A stretch of 35,262 nucleotides of DNA from a virus. Lineage: Duplodnaviria; Caudoviricetes. Where the stretch lies: positions 1 to 35,262 of the IMG/VR virus record IMGVR_UViG_3300026848_000006. One strand, 5' to 3'. This document shows, in pieces, positions 7,414 to 16,719 of the stretch. Numbering within the stretch: the first letter of the stretch is position 1; the number at the start of each line of letters is the position of its first letter. A model generated the notes under the pieces. It saw nothing but the letters and a program-made list of their open reading frames with translations. It made no database searches and was not told where the DNA came from. Position numbers and translations under genes: made by a program.

Positions 7414-8396
7414 AGGGCGGCTTTGATGTCTCCTTTCTTGACGATGTTCGGGCAAGAACCTCGTTGGTGGATCTGGTTGCGCGCGATGTGAAGTTGCGTA
7501 AGCAGGGACAGGAGTATTGGGGGATTTGCCCTTTTCATAAAGAGCGATCCCCTAGCTTTTCTGTTAGTGAGCGCAAGGGCTTTATTCATTGCTTTGGTTG
7601 TGGCTGGCACGGTGACGCTTTTGAATGGGTCCGTGCGCGCTATGGTTTCACCTTTGTTGAAGCTGTTGAGCAATTGGCTATTGAATGCGGTCTTCAGTCT
7701 GATCGCGAAGGAAGGAAAAAGCCGGTTGCAAAGCCGGTTCCGCGCCTGTCTCCAAAAGAGATAGAAAAGGAAAAAGAGGATAGTGTTCAATGGGCGCGTT
7801 CGGTGTTCGCTGAAAGCCTGTCAGCACCCGGAACGATTGTCGAAGCCTATCTTCAAAGCCGGGGGATATTCGCGCGAGATCTTCCGGGTGGACTTCCGCC
7901 TTCGATCAGATTTCACCCAAGCCTTCATCATAAATACAGTGGCCGAAAGTGGCCCGCGATGGTGTCTGCCGTCCAAGGTCCGTCCGGTCGTATCACGGGC
8001 GTTCATCGGACATACCTGAAGCCCGACGGGTCGGGTAAGGCGGACGTTAAGAAGCCTAAACTGATGGCGGGCATATGTTGGGAGGGCGCTATTCGGCTTT
8101 GTCCAGCGGGTTCTCGGCTTGCGATTGCCGAGGGTATTGAAACCGCGCTTTCCGTATTTGCCGCAACTCAAACGCCGACTTGGCCGACGGGGAGCATGGG
8201 GAACCTTGCGGCGATCATCGTTCCCCCAATCGTTCGAGATCTGGTGATTTGTGTTGATGGGGATAGCTCCCCGGCAGAGACGGAGCGGGTAATTGAAAAA
8301 GCTGGTGCTTTTCATTCCGCCCGTGGTTTGCGGGTTGCAGTCGTTAGACCGCCTGTTGGTATGGATTTCAACGATGTACTGAGGCGGGGCGCGTGA
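7410..8396 (+). CDS. DNA primase (CHC2 zinc finger + TOPRIM)
   Basis: 'CPFHKERSPSF...HCFGCG', 'VHRTYL', 'AIAEGIETALS', 'VICVDGD', 'DFND'. Confidence 0.92.
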   Translation: MKGGFDVSFLDDVRARTSLVDLVARDVKLRKQGQEYWGICPFHKERSPSFSVSERKGFIHCFGCGWHGDAFEWVRARYGFTFVEAVEQLAIECGLQSDREGRKKPVAKPVPRLSPKEIEKEKEDSVQWARSVFAESLSAPGTIVEAYLQSRGIFARDLPGGLPPSIRFHPSLHHKYSGRKWPAMVSAVQGPSGRITGVHRTYLKPDGSGKADVKKPKLMAGICWEGAIRLCPAGSRLAIAEGIETALSVFAATQTPTWPTGSMGNLAAIIVPPIVRDLVICVDGDSSPAETERVIEKAGAFHSARGLRVAVVRPPVGMDFNDVLRRGA

Positions 8397-9025
8397 TGGA
8401 CCTGTTTAATGGATCCTGTCCGCTGGCGTTCGAGGCAATCGAAGATGCGGCGAAGAAGTTGGAGGCATGTGAAACGCCGCTTTGGGCGGCTTATGCCGGT
8501 CTATCGTGCGCGGATCTTCAAACAAGAATTATCGATCCGTGCGTGGGTCGGGGCGTTCTTTCGAATGTCGCCCGTGCAGCCGGGCATGACGTGAGGTCAG
8601 CGGATGTTTACCCGTGGGAGTACGAGGGCGAGCGGCTTCTGGTTGATTTCCTTTCCCCGGATGCGGAGGCCCTTGTTGATGGGTGGGAGCCGCAAAGCTT
8701 CGATGTTTTCATGAATGCCCCATTCACGCGCGCTTGCGAATTTGTTGATCGGGCTTTCGAGTTGGGGGCGCGGAAAGTTCTCAACTTCCATGGGATCGCG
8801 TGGTTCGGCAGCAAAACCCGTCGTTCGTGGTGGGATGGTGCCTGTTGCAAGAACGTTCACTTCTGCGCCGAGCGCGCAACGTGGTGGTATTTCCATATCG
8901 CCCCTGAAAAGCGCAAGGGATCGAACCCGAAAGAACATGCTTGGTACGAGTTCGAGCGTGGCTATGTCGGCGATCCTGATTTCAAGCGGCTTTATCGCGA
9001 TGGAGCTAAAAATGGGGTTTGCTAA
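8393..9025 (+). CDS. Putative amino (N6A/N4C) DNA methyltransferase-like protein
   Basis: Motif I-like 'IIDPCVGRG', 'VDFL', motif IV-like 'VFMNAPF' (canonical NPPF/Y) and 'HAWYEF'. Confidence 0.65.
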   Translation: MMDLFNGSCPLAFEAIEDAAKKLEACETPLWAAYAGLSCADLQTRIIDPCVGRGVLSNVARAAGHDVRSADVYPWEYEGERLLVDFLSPDAEALVDGWEPQSFDVFMNAPFTRACEFVDRAFELGARKVLNFHGIAWFGSKTRRSWWDGACCKNVHFCAERATWWYFHIAPEKRKGSNPKEHAWYEFERGYVGDPDFKRLYRDGAKNGVC

Positions 9026-9419
9026 AAAATCCGCGTACACGCGCGAAACGGAACGCTCGGCAAGGGCAGTAGCTTCGCAACATACCGATACCGCCAGCGC
9101 CTTGTTTAACGCGAAGCGTTTGAACGCTTCATCTATTGCGCCGTTTTTTGATGCCAAAGGCCGGTTTGTTCATTTCTGCCAGTGTCCAGGGTGTAAGGCA
9201 TGGGGGTGCATCGGCTTCGATGTGGATCAGCGGCGCTTTCATATCGCCGTGCATAGAAACGAACCCGATCCGGTGACGTGGTTGGGAAGGTGGTACTGCG
9301 CAATCCATGCAAAGGAGGAAGAGGTTCGTTTGTCTAAAGCAAAGGAAAACAAAGGTCGCGCGAAGGTGGCGGCGAAGCCCGTCAAGTCAAATCAAGCGCG
9401 TCAGGGGGTGTTGCTGTGA
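9012..9419 (+). CDS. Hypothetical Cys/His-rich protein
   Basis: 'FVHFCQCPGCKAWGCIG...WYCAIH'. Likely start ATG 9012; the stop overlaps the helicase GTG. Confidence 0.6.
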   Translation: MGFAKKSAYTRETERSARAVASQHTDTASALFNAKRLNASSIAPFFDAKGRFVHFCQCPGCKAWGCIGFDVDQRRFHIAVHRNEPDPVTWLGRWYCAIHAKEEEVRLSKAKENKGRAKVAAKPVKSNQARQGVLL

Positions 9420-10993
9420 TCGAAGAACATGGAAGTTTCGGCCTAGACAGGGGCGCGAACGACATCCGGCGAGCATTTGGCAATGCCGAAATTTACAGCT
9501 TTCCGGGGGGTGGTGACGGTGAGGATATCAACCTTTTCCTTGCTGAAAAAGAACGGAACGATCTCGGTAACGCCGAGCGGTTCCTTGGGCGGCACGGGCA
9601 GGATCTTCTTTATGTCAGTGAAGTAGGCTGGCACGTGTGGAGCGGTTCGTATTGGAGCCCGGACGATGCGGAAGAGGCGGTAAAGAGGAAAGCCCACGAA
9701 ACTGCCCGGTCAATTGTTGAAGAGGTTGCGGCACTTCAGGACGAGGGTCGCCCGGATCTCGATAGAGACGATCCCGGTTATATCTCAAAGGGTGACTGGA
9801 ATAAGAAGCTAGAGGATTTGCTTAAATGGTCGGTGGCGTCCGGCAACCGGGGCAAGCTTGACGCGATGATATCTGAGGCGAAGCCATATATCACGGTCAG
9901 CCCTGAAATGATGGATGCTGACCCGATGCTGATCAATCTTCAGAACGGATCGCTTCGGCTTGAGGGGGCTTGTGATGGTCTTCGGGCTCATCGCCGGGGC
10001 GACCGGCTCGCGAAGATAATGGATGTTGAATATGATCCCGAGGCCACATGCCCGACATTTGAGAAGTTCCTTGAAGAGGTTCAGCCCGACGATGAAATAC
10101 GGTCGTTTCTTCAGGTGTGGTCGGGATATTGCCTTACGGGCGTAACCGGCGAGCAGAAGCTTGTTTTCAACTATGGCGAAGGCGGTAACGGCAAGTCGGT
10201 CTTTATTGACCTGATCGCTAAGATGATGGGGCCTTATTCCCTTTCGTTGCCCTTTGCGTCCCTGCTCAAGGATGATCGGAAGCGCGGCGGGGAAGCGACG
10301 CCGGACCTTGCACGGCTTCCGGGGGCGAGGTTTGTTCGCGCGTCCGAGCCAGAAAAGGGCGCGAGTTTTGCCGAGGCCACAATTAAGGCCATCACTGGCG
10401 GCGAAGAGATCACGGTTCGCCATTTGAACCATGGCTTCTTTGATTTCGTGCCTCAATTCAAGTTGACGCTCTCGGGCAACCACAAACCAAAAATTCGCGG
10501 ACAGGATCGCGGCATTTGGCGGCGCTTCCTGCTGTTGCCATGGGAGGTCAATGTTCCAGACGAACGGCAGGATCTGATGTTGCCGCAAAAGCTTTGGGCC
10601 GAAAGGTCTGGCGTGTTGAACTGGATGCTTGATGGCGTTCGGATTTGGCTTGAGAACGGGCTCTTTGTGCCAGATCGGATCAGGGCGGCAACCGATGAAT
10701 ACCGCGCGGATTCCGATCCGCTCGGGCGGTTCATCGCGGAATGTATCGTTCCGCGTAACGGGTGCAGCGTTCAGGCTGCGGCGATGTACGAGGCTTATAA
10801 AGCTTGGTGTTCCGCGAACGCTGAACGGCCTTGGACTATGACGGCGTTTGGCAAGGCTTTGCCAGAGCGCGGGATTACAAAGGCCGATGGCCGCATTCGC
10901 GTCTACATGAATGTTGATCTCGTCAACGTGCCTGAAGCTTCAGAAGATCCGCCCCCGGTTGATGATCCGGGCGCGTATGGGCGGGAGAATTAG
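9416..10993 (+). CDS. P4-family phage/plasmid primase-helicase (D5_N + SF3 helicase)
   Basis: 'NDLGNAERF', Walker A 'GEGGNGKS', 'IKAITGGE', 'NHKPKIRGQDRGIWRR', C-terminal winged helix 'YEAYKAWC'. Confidence 0.93.
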   Translation: MIEEHGSFGLDRGANDIRRAFGNAEIYSFPGGGDGEDINLFLAEKERNDLGNAERFLGRHGQDLLYVSEVGWHVWSGSYWSPDDAEEAVKRKAHETARSIVEEVAALQDEGRPDLDRDDPGYISKGDWNKKLEDLLKWSVASGNRGKLDAMISEAKPYITVSPEMMDADPMLINLQNGSLRLEGACDGLRAHRRGDRLAKIMDVEYDPEATCPTFEKFLEEVQPDDEIRSFLQVWSGYCLTGVTGEQKLVFNYGEGGNGKSVFIDLIAKMMGPYSLSLPFASLLKDDRKRGGEATPDLARLPGARFVRASEPEKGASFAEATIKAITGGEEITVRHLNHGFFDFVPQFKLTLSGNHKPKIRGQDRGIWRRFLLLPWEVNVPDERQDLMLPQKLWAERSGVLNWMLDGVRIWLENGLFVPDRIRAATDEYRADSDPLGRFIAECIVPRNGCSVQAAAMYEAYKAWCSANAERPWTMTAFGKALPERGITKADGRIRVYMNVDLVNVPEASEDPPPVDDPGAYGREN

Positions 10994-11001
10994 CCGCTCA
11001 T

Positions 11002-11244
11002 ACCCTCGCAACCCTCGCATAGTATCGCGCATACAAACCCAAATATAATCAATGGGTTACGATAGCTGCGAGGGTTGCGAGGGTTTATGCGGTCCTTTTT
11101 CGCGCTTGGGCGCGTTCGCATTCAATTATGAACTGACATAACTATCGCTACTATCGCAAGGAATTGGCAAAGTGTTGATTACTAAAGATAAATCAGCTTT
11201 TGAACTATCACAGGATAGTATCACAAACCCTCGCAACCCTCGCA
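11002..11244. repeat. Iteron array, putative replication origin
   Basis: 9-mer ACCCTCGCA at 11002, 11011, 11227 and 11236, inverted at 11067 and 11076. Variants AGTATCGCG (11021), ACTATCGCT (11141), ACTATCGCA (11150), ACTATCACA (11204) and AGTATCACA (11217). AT-rich spacers; immediately after the helicase. Confidence 0.8.
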
Positions 11245-11828
11245 AAGTGGTTGATATAGAGGAACTGGTTCGGTGGACCTATCAGGATCAGCAAGCCGAC
11301 GAACTGACGCGGCGGTCAGGTCGTGGGGCATGGCCGAGTGCATCGCTTCGAAGCAATCTCTTGACGATTGAGCGAAACGGCCTGATCGGAACGCAGATCG
11401 ATGGGGACGGGTCTTTGTCATACGCGCACAACGATCTTGATCAGGATGCGGAGATCACCCATGAAACGATCTGTTCGGTCTGTGAGCCGTTGGAGGTCGG
11501 GTTGCTGATTGAGCATGGTCGGGCCGGTTCGCGGCCTGATTGCTTTGATGGTGTGCAGGTCAAGGCTTGTGCCGTAATGCATCGCGGTCGCCCGCTGATT
11601 GAATATCTTGATCCGGCGAACAAGAGGAAGCCGATCTATTGCCATGTCGCCTATGATCCCGAACCGGAGCATGTCGAGTTTGTCCGCGAGATCTATGTGC
11701 TTTGGTGGGATGCGCTGTCGTCGTTGCGGTCTGAGTTGGAGGGGAAGACTGGCTATGAAGTGATCGGGCCGGAGGTGCCTCGTTCTCCGTGGATAAAAAA
11801 CCACGTTGACAACGCGGGGAAAGTTTGA
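11172..11828 (+). CDS. Putative late-gene regulator / antiterminator (Q position)
   Basis: Last gene before the promoter-terminator-cos region; 'DIEELVRWTY', 'Y.LWWDAL..L'. The start may be GTG 11247 because the 5' part overlaps the iterons. Function is inferred from position. Confidence 0.5.
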   Translation: MLITKDKSAFELSQDSITNPRNPRKVVDIEELVRWTYQDQQADELTRRSGRGAWPSASLRSNLLTIERNGLIGTQIDGDGSLSYAHNDLDQDAEITHETICSVCEPLEVGLLIEHGRAGSRPDCFDGVQVKACAVMHRGRPLIEYLDPANKRKPIYCHVAYDPEPEHVEFVREIYVLWWDALSSLRSELEGKTGYEVIGPEVPRSPWIKNHVDNAGKV

Positions 11829-11850
11829 CAGCTTTCATCCATCCTAGATC

Positions 11851-11886
11851 AGGCCCGCGACCGGCATCGGTTCGCGGGCTTTGTTG
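11851..11886 (+). terminator. Intrinsic terminator-like hairpin
   Basis: AGGCCCGCGA...TCGCGGGCTT stem followed by TGTTG/T-rich sequence, downstream of TTGACA hexamers at 11806 and 11825. Confidence 0.55.
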
Positions 11887-11911
11887 TTCTTGCCCTCGAC
11901 TATCCAAACTT

Positions 11912-11953
11912 TGAAGCCTCGCCGGTTCACGCCGCGCGGGGCTTCATCTTTTT
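11912..11953 (+). terminator. Intrinsic terminator-like hairpin
   Basis: TGAAGCCTCGC...GCGGGGCTTCA stem followed by TCTTTTT. Confidence 0.6.
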
Positions 11954-12076
11954 GGGTCCTTCCTGGGGCTTTATCAATACGGGTGGCGCGGGCGCGGATC
12001 TTCGCCAGTTTTTGGTTTTTCAAACAAGGTTAAAGGCGGTTAAAGCGGTTAAAGATCCGCATTCCGATGGTTAAAG
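11954..12076 (+). other. Putative lambda-like cos site (cosQ-cosN-cosB)
   Basis: GGGTCCT (lambda cosQ heptamer) at 11954-11960; TAC-GGGTGGCGCGGG-CGCG at 11978-11996 resembling cosN; four GGTTAAAG repeats (12028, 12038, 12047, 12069) just upstream of terS. Confidence 0.65.
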
Positions 12077-12110
12077 CCAAGCGGTGAAATCGCACAATGT
12101 GAGGTCACGC

Positions 12111-12683
12111 ATGATTGGCAGTAAGTCAGAATACGCGCGGCACTTGGGGGTTAGTCCGGCTGCTGTAACCAAGATGGTGAAAACGGGAAAGATCCCGGTG
12201 CGTGAGGATGGCAAAATCGATTTTGCCGACGCAGATCACGCGCGGAACCAAAATGGAGATCCTGCCCGTTCCTCTGTGCTGACTGATCCAGTGGAAGCGG
12301 AGCGTGATGATCAAAATCCTTTGGCGATGGAGCCGGAGGGAAATCGGGGCACGAGCAAACAACCCGAACAAAAATCCGGGCCGACTTTCACCGATGCGCG
12401 AACTGAACGCGAACAGTATGCGGCAAAGCTGGCTCGGCTCGATTATGAGCAGAAAATGGGGAACCTGCTTCCAAAGCAGGAAATCATTGATGCCATGGTT
12501 GCATCGGGTCGCCGGATCAGACAGGGGCTCGACGGTATGATTGGATGGGCCGAAGAACTAGACGCGGCTGCTCGTAACGGCGGGCCGGATGCCGTTCGTT
12601 CCGTTCTGAAATCCAAAATCCGTTCTATGCAAACCATGATAGCGGAAAGTCTGAGTATCACCGATGACGGAGAGCAAGGGTAA
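12111..12683 (+). CDS. terS: Terminase small subunit (Nu1-like)
   Basis: N-terminal wHTH 'SKSEYARHLGVSPAAVTKMVKTGKI', 'AKLARLDYEQKMGNLLP'. Overlaps terL. Confidence 0.85.
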   Translation: MIGSKSEYARHLGVSPAAVTKMVKTGKIPVREDGKIDFADADHARNQNGDPARSSVLTDPVEAERDDQNPLAMEPEGNRGTSKQPEQKSGPTFTDARTEREQYAAKLARLDYEQKMGNLLPKQEIIDAMVASGRRIRQGLDGMIGWAEELDAAARNGGPDAVRSVLKSKIRSMQTMIAESLSITDDGEQG

Positions 12684-14658
12684 AACAACGCTGGCACTCA
12701 TAGCGGGGGCACTGGCACTCGGGATCGCGCCGGATCCGATCATTGAACCGGCTGCATGGGCGGCGGAAAATCTGATTGTCGCAGATGGCCCGCAAGCTGG
12801 TCACAAGTGGTCGCCGGAGCTTACGCCGTATGTTGTGCCGATCCTCAATTGTCTGGCAGCGGAAAGCCCCCATAACCGGGTTAGTGTTCGCAAGTCAGCG
12901 CAAACCGGATTGACCGAAGCTGGTATTGCTTGGCTAGGTTCGATCATCGACAAGACGCCAGCGAAAGCTATGGTCGTGTTTCCGACCATTACCCTTGTTC
13001 AGGATTTCAATCGCGAAAAGCTTACACCTTCTGTCGATCAAACTCCGGCACTGAGCCGTAAGGTCAACCAGCACCGGAGCCGTTCGGCTTCGGGATCAAC
13101 GGCGTTAAGCAAGCGGTTTCCGGGCGGGTCGTTGACCTTGACCGGGGCTAACAGTGCGTCGGATCTGCGGTCAAAAACCGTAAAGTACCTGTTTTGCGAT
13201 GAAATCGATCAATGGCCGCTTGACCTTGACGGGCAGGGCGACCCGATGGAAATGGCGAATGCCCGTCAGATCGCATTCCATGCGACGGGCGATTACAAGA
13301 AATTCGAGGCAAGCACCCCGACGATCAAGGGGGTTTCCAGAATTGACAAAGCGTTTGAGGATGGAGATCAGCGATATCTCTTTTGTCCCTGCCCTCATTG
13401 CGGCGAAAAGCAAAGGCTGATCTTTGGAAACAAGGATATTGATTACGGTCTGAAGTTCAATACGACTTGGCCGTATAACGCGCACTATGTTTGCGAGCAT
13501 TGCGGATCGGCGATTGAGCATTACCAGAAAAAGGAAATGCTTGCGGCAGGCGAGTTCGTTGCGACGAAACCTGAGCCGGGACGTCACCCAAGCTTTCACA
13601 TAGACGCGCTGTCTTCGAACATCACGACATGGGATAAAATCGCCGAAGCCTTCTTAACGGCGAAGGATGATCCCCGGACGTTGAAGGCGTTCACAAACCT
13701 TTGGCTTGGTGAAGTATGGGAAGAGCGCGGGGATGCGCCGGAGTGGGATCGTCTATATGTTCGGCGTGAAACCTATCCGGCTCGATCAATTCCGCCCGGT
13801 GGCATAATCATAACCGGGGCGGCGGATGTTCAAGCGGACGGGATTTACTATGAAGTCAAAGCTTGGGGGCGTGACAAACAATCATGGTCGATAGATATCG
13901 GCTTTCTTCAGGGTGACACGGCGGATCCATCTAATGCTGTTTGGGGCAAGCTGGATGAAGTCTATGACCGGCGCTATCCCGATGCTTACGGCAACCATTG
14001 GCAGGTAGATGCCTTCGGGGTCGATTCCGGTTTCAATTCGAACACTGTTTATCAGTGGTGCCGGTCGCGTCCGAAAGCGATGGCTTTAAAAGGGGATGCC
14101 GGTTGGCACAAGGCTGCAATTTCCTCTACGCCGACCAAAGTTGATATTAATGTTCGCGGCAAACGGTTACGGCGCGGGGTTGAGCTTTGGCATATCGGCA
14201 CTTGGAGCCTTAAAGCGGAGATGTACGCAAATCTTCGCAAGGATGGAATGCGGGACGGCGCGGAACTTGACCCGCCCGGTTTTATGCATTTCACCGAAGC
14301 GTTACATGACGAACGGTATTTCAAACAGCTTACGGCTGAACGTATCAAGGAACGTGAAGTCAAGGGGCGTGTCTTGAAAGAATGGGTCGCTACCGCGCCG
14401 AACCATTATCACGATTGTTCGATCTATAACGCAGCCTTGGCAGTGCATAAGGGCGTCGGGATCATGACCGAAAGCGACTGGTCGAAGTGGCAAGCGGTTA
14501 GATGTGCTCCGGCAGAACCAAAGCAAGGGGATCTCCTGTCGGTTATGAATGGGGAGCCCGGTTCGTCTTCCGAGGGTGCGAAACCACAAGAAAAGCCGAA
14601 ATCGGCAAAGCGTAAACCGCGCCGGAAGTCTGGCGGGTTCGTTAATTCGTGGAGTTGA
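12664..14658 (+). CDS. terL: Terminase large subunit (lambda GpA family)
   Basis: 'KSAQTGLTE' Walker A variant, 'YLFCDEID', 'STPT', 'CPHCG', 'AADVQ', 'NHYHDC'. Confidence 0.95.
   Translation: MTESKGKTTLALIAGALALGIAPDPIIEPAAWAAENLIVADGPQAGHKWSPELTPYVVPILNCLAAESPHNRVSVRKSAQTGLTEAGIAWLGSIIDKTPAKAMVVFPTITLVQDFNREKLTPSVDQTPALSRKVNQHRSRSASGSTALSKRFPGGSLTLTGANSASDLRSKTVKYLFCDEIDQWPLDLDGQGDPMEMANARQIAFHATGDYKKFEASTPTIKGVSRIDKAFEDGDQRYLFCPCPHCGEKQRLIFGNKDIDYGLKFNTTWPYNAHYVCEHCGSAIEHYQKKEMLAAGEFVATKPEPGRHPSFHIDALSSNITTWDKIAEAFLTAKDDPRTLKAFTNLWLGEVWEERGDAPEWDRLYVRRETYPARSIPPGGIIITGAADVQADGIYYEVKAWGRDKQSWSIDIGFLQGDTADPSNAVWGKLDEVYDRRYPDAYGNHWQVDAFGVDSGFNSNTVYQWCRSRPKAMALKGDAGWHKAAISSTPTKVDINVRGKRLRRGVELWHIGTWSLKAEMYANLRKDGMRDGAELDPPGFMHFTEALHDERYFKQLTAERIKEREVKGRVLKEWVATAPNHYHDCSIYNAALAVHKGVGIMTESDWSKWQAVRCAPAEPKQGDLLSVMNGEPGSSSEGAKPQEKPKSAKRKPRRKSGGFVNSWS
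14505..14528 (+). repeat. 24-bp direct repeat, copy 1 (TGCTCCGGCAGAACCAAAGCAAGG)
   Basis: Identical to 18815-18838; both copies encode APAEPKQG. Confidence 0.9.
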
Positions 14659-14663
14659 TACCT

Positions 14664-15221
14664 ATGGCTGTGAACCGGTCTTTTATGCCCGAACAGATTG
14701 TTGCCGGTGATACCTGGCAATGGTCGATTGATGGCCTCTCGGATTACCCGGCTTCTGAGGGTTGGGTGCTGTCGTTCGTGTTGTTGAATGCGTCGCAGAA
14801 GATCGTTTTTGATGCGATTGCAGAAGGCGACGAATTCAAGGTTATGCGATCTTCGGAAGATACATCATCCAGTGAGGCCGGGGTTTACCAGTGGGAAGCC
14901 TCAGTCAAAAAGGGGACTGCGTTACGGTTTCGCTTACAAACCGGAACGGTCGAAGTGCTGCCAAATTTTGGGAGCGCTGAAACGCTTGATACCCGATCAC
15001 ACGCAAGGCGCGTGCTGGAAGCCATTGAAGCCGTAATTGAGCGGCGGGCAACCAAAGATCAGGAAGAGTATTCGATTGAAGGGCGGAGCCTGAAGCGAAC
15101 GCCGATCTCCGATCTTCTGACTTTGCGTGATCAATACCGCCGTGAGGTTGATCGCGAGCTGGCCCGAGAGCGAGCCAGCAAAGGGCGCGCAACGGGGCGG
15201 CGGGTCTTAGTAAAATTCTAA
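14664..15221 (+). CDS. Head completion / gpW-like head-tail adaptor with N-terminal extension
   Basis: Between terL and portal. C-terminal 'EYSIEGRSLKRTPISDLLTLRDQYRREV' is gpW-like. Confidence 0.7.
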   Translation: MAVNRSFMPEQIVAGDTWQWSIDGLSDYPASEGWVLSFVLLNASQKIVFDAIAEGDEFKVMRSSEDTSSSEAGVYQWEASVKKGTALRFRLQTGTVEVLPNFGSAETLDTRSHARRVLEAIEAVIERRATKDQEEYSIEGRSLKRTPISDLLTLRDQYRREVDRELARERASKGRATGRRVLVKF

Positions 15222-15231
15222 GGAGGCTTTT

Positions 15232-16719
15232 ATGCCTAACTTGTTCACCCGTTCGGTGCAGCGCGTGATTGATGCTGCGTGGGCGCTTCGTTATGGCAAG
15301 CCCGATACGACAACGCGAAGTTTTTCGGGGGCGCAAACTGGTCGGCTCTTTTCTGATTGGGTTGGCGCTGTCGGGCCAATGGATGTTTATCTTCGTCGGG
15401 ATCTGGTCGCGTTGCGTTCAAATTCCCGTCGGCTTGCAATGAATAACGACTACATGAAATCATTCTTGCGGATGGTTCGTCGGAACGTTATCGGGCCTTC
15501 GGGGATTGTCCTTCAGAACCGCGCAAAGGACGATAACGGCAAGCTCGATAAAGAAGCCAACGACCTGATAGAGCAGAAGTGGGCGGATTGGGGCCAGCGC
15601 GGAACCTGTACGGTGTGCGGTCAATACTCTTGGCTTCAAGTTCAATGGATGGTCGCAACCCTGATCGCGCGCGATGGCGAGGTTATCGTTCGCAAGGTTC
15701 GGGGATTTCCCAACAAGTTCGGATTTGCGGTGCAGTTGTTCAGCGCCGATCACCTTGACGAAACCCTGAATACTGAGTTGCCGGGTGGCGGCGATATACG
15801 GATGGGGGTTGAGCGGGATCAGTGGAAGCGGCCCGTTGCCCTTCATTTGAAGGTTAAGGCGTCTGATCGGCAATATGCGCGCCACCAACGCATACCGATT
15901 TCCGAAATCGAACATCTTTACGTGCCTGAAGATTTTGAGCAAACGCGGGGCCTGCCTTGGGCGCATTCGGCCATTCGTCGTCTCGGAATGCTTGGGGGGT
16001 ATGAAGAAGCGGCACTGGTTGCGGCGCGGGCGGGTGCTGCGAAGATGGGATTTTTCCAGCAACGCGAAGGGGCAGGCAGTTACACGCCGGATGAAACGGA
16101 CGAAAAAGGCGATTTTATCGATAAGGCCGAGCCGGGTTCTATCGAGATTTTGCCTGAAGGCTTCGAGTTCAAGGAGTTCGATCCGTCATACCCGAATGGA
16201 GAAATGCCGTTCTTCATGAAAAGTGTTCTGCGTGGGGCCGCTGCCGGTTTGGGGGTTTCTTACAACGGCCTCGCAAATGACCTTGAAGGCGTCAATTTTT
16301 CGTCGATCAGGGCGGGGCTTCAGGACGAGCGCGATGAATGGATGGTATTGCAGCAATTCATTATTCAGGGGTTGGTGCTGCCGGTATTCAGCGCTTGGCT
16401 AGAACAGGCGATGCTGAAGAAAGCGGTCCCGTTACCATTTTCCAAAATTGACAAGCTTATGTCGCCGCAGTGGTTTCCTCGTCGGTGGAAGTGGGTTGAT
16501 CCCGACAAGGATTCCAAGACAGCGGAACGTGATATTTCTCTGGGTGTTCAAAGCCGCACACGGCTTGCGGCTGAACAGGGTCGGGATTTGCGGGAGGTCT
16601 ATGAAGAGTTGGCCGCCGAAGAGCAGTTAGCAAAGGATCTCGGCGTTACGCTTGGGGCATCAAAGGGCTCCGTTATATCTGAGGAAAAGGAGGAAGAAGA
16701 TGCCGCAGGCGATAAGTGA
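15232..16719 (+). CDS. Portal protein, lambda family
   Basis: 'LRSNSRRLAMNN', 'RDGEV', 'QTRGLPW', 'DLEGVNFSSIRAG', 'WVDPDKD'. Confidence 0.95.
   Translation: MPNLFTRSVQRVIDAAWALRYGKPDTTTRSFSGAQTGRLFSDWVGAVGPMDVYLRRDLVALRSNSRRLAMNNDYMKSFLRMVRRNVIGPSGIVLQNRAKDDNGKLDKEANDLIEQKWADWGQRGTCTVCGQYSWLQVQWMVATLIARDGEVIVRKVRGFPNKFGFAVQLFSADHLDETLNTELPGGGDIRMGVERDQWKRPVALHLKVKASDRQYARHQRIPISEIEHLYVPEDFEQTRGLPWAHSAIRRLGMLGGYEEAALVAARAGAAKMGFFQQREGAGSYTPDETDEKGDFIDKAEPGSIEILPEGFEFKEFDPSYPNGEMPFFMKSVLRGAAAGLGVSYNGLANDLEGVNFSSIRAGLQDERDEWMVLQQFIIQGLVLPVFSAWLEQAMLKKAVPLPFSKIDKLMSPQWFPRRWKWVDPDKDSKTAERDISLGVQSRTRLAAEQGRDLREVYEELAAEEQLAKDLGVTLGASKGSVISEEKEEEDAAGDK

Noticed and set aside
11002-11244. Repeats as a CRISPR array
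   Set aside because: The units are 9 bp, irregularly spaced and in both orientations, with no unique spacers or cas genes. They fit iterons.
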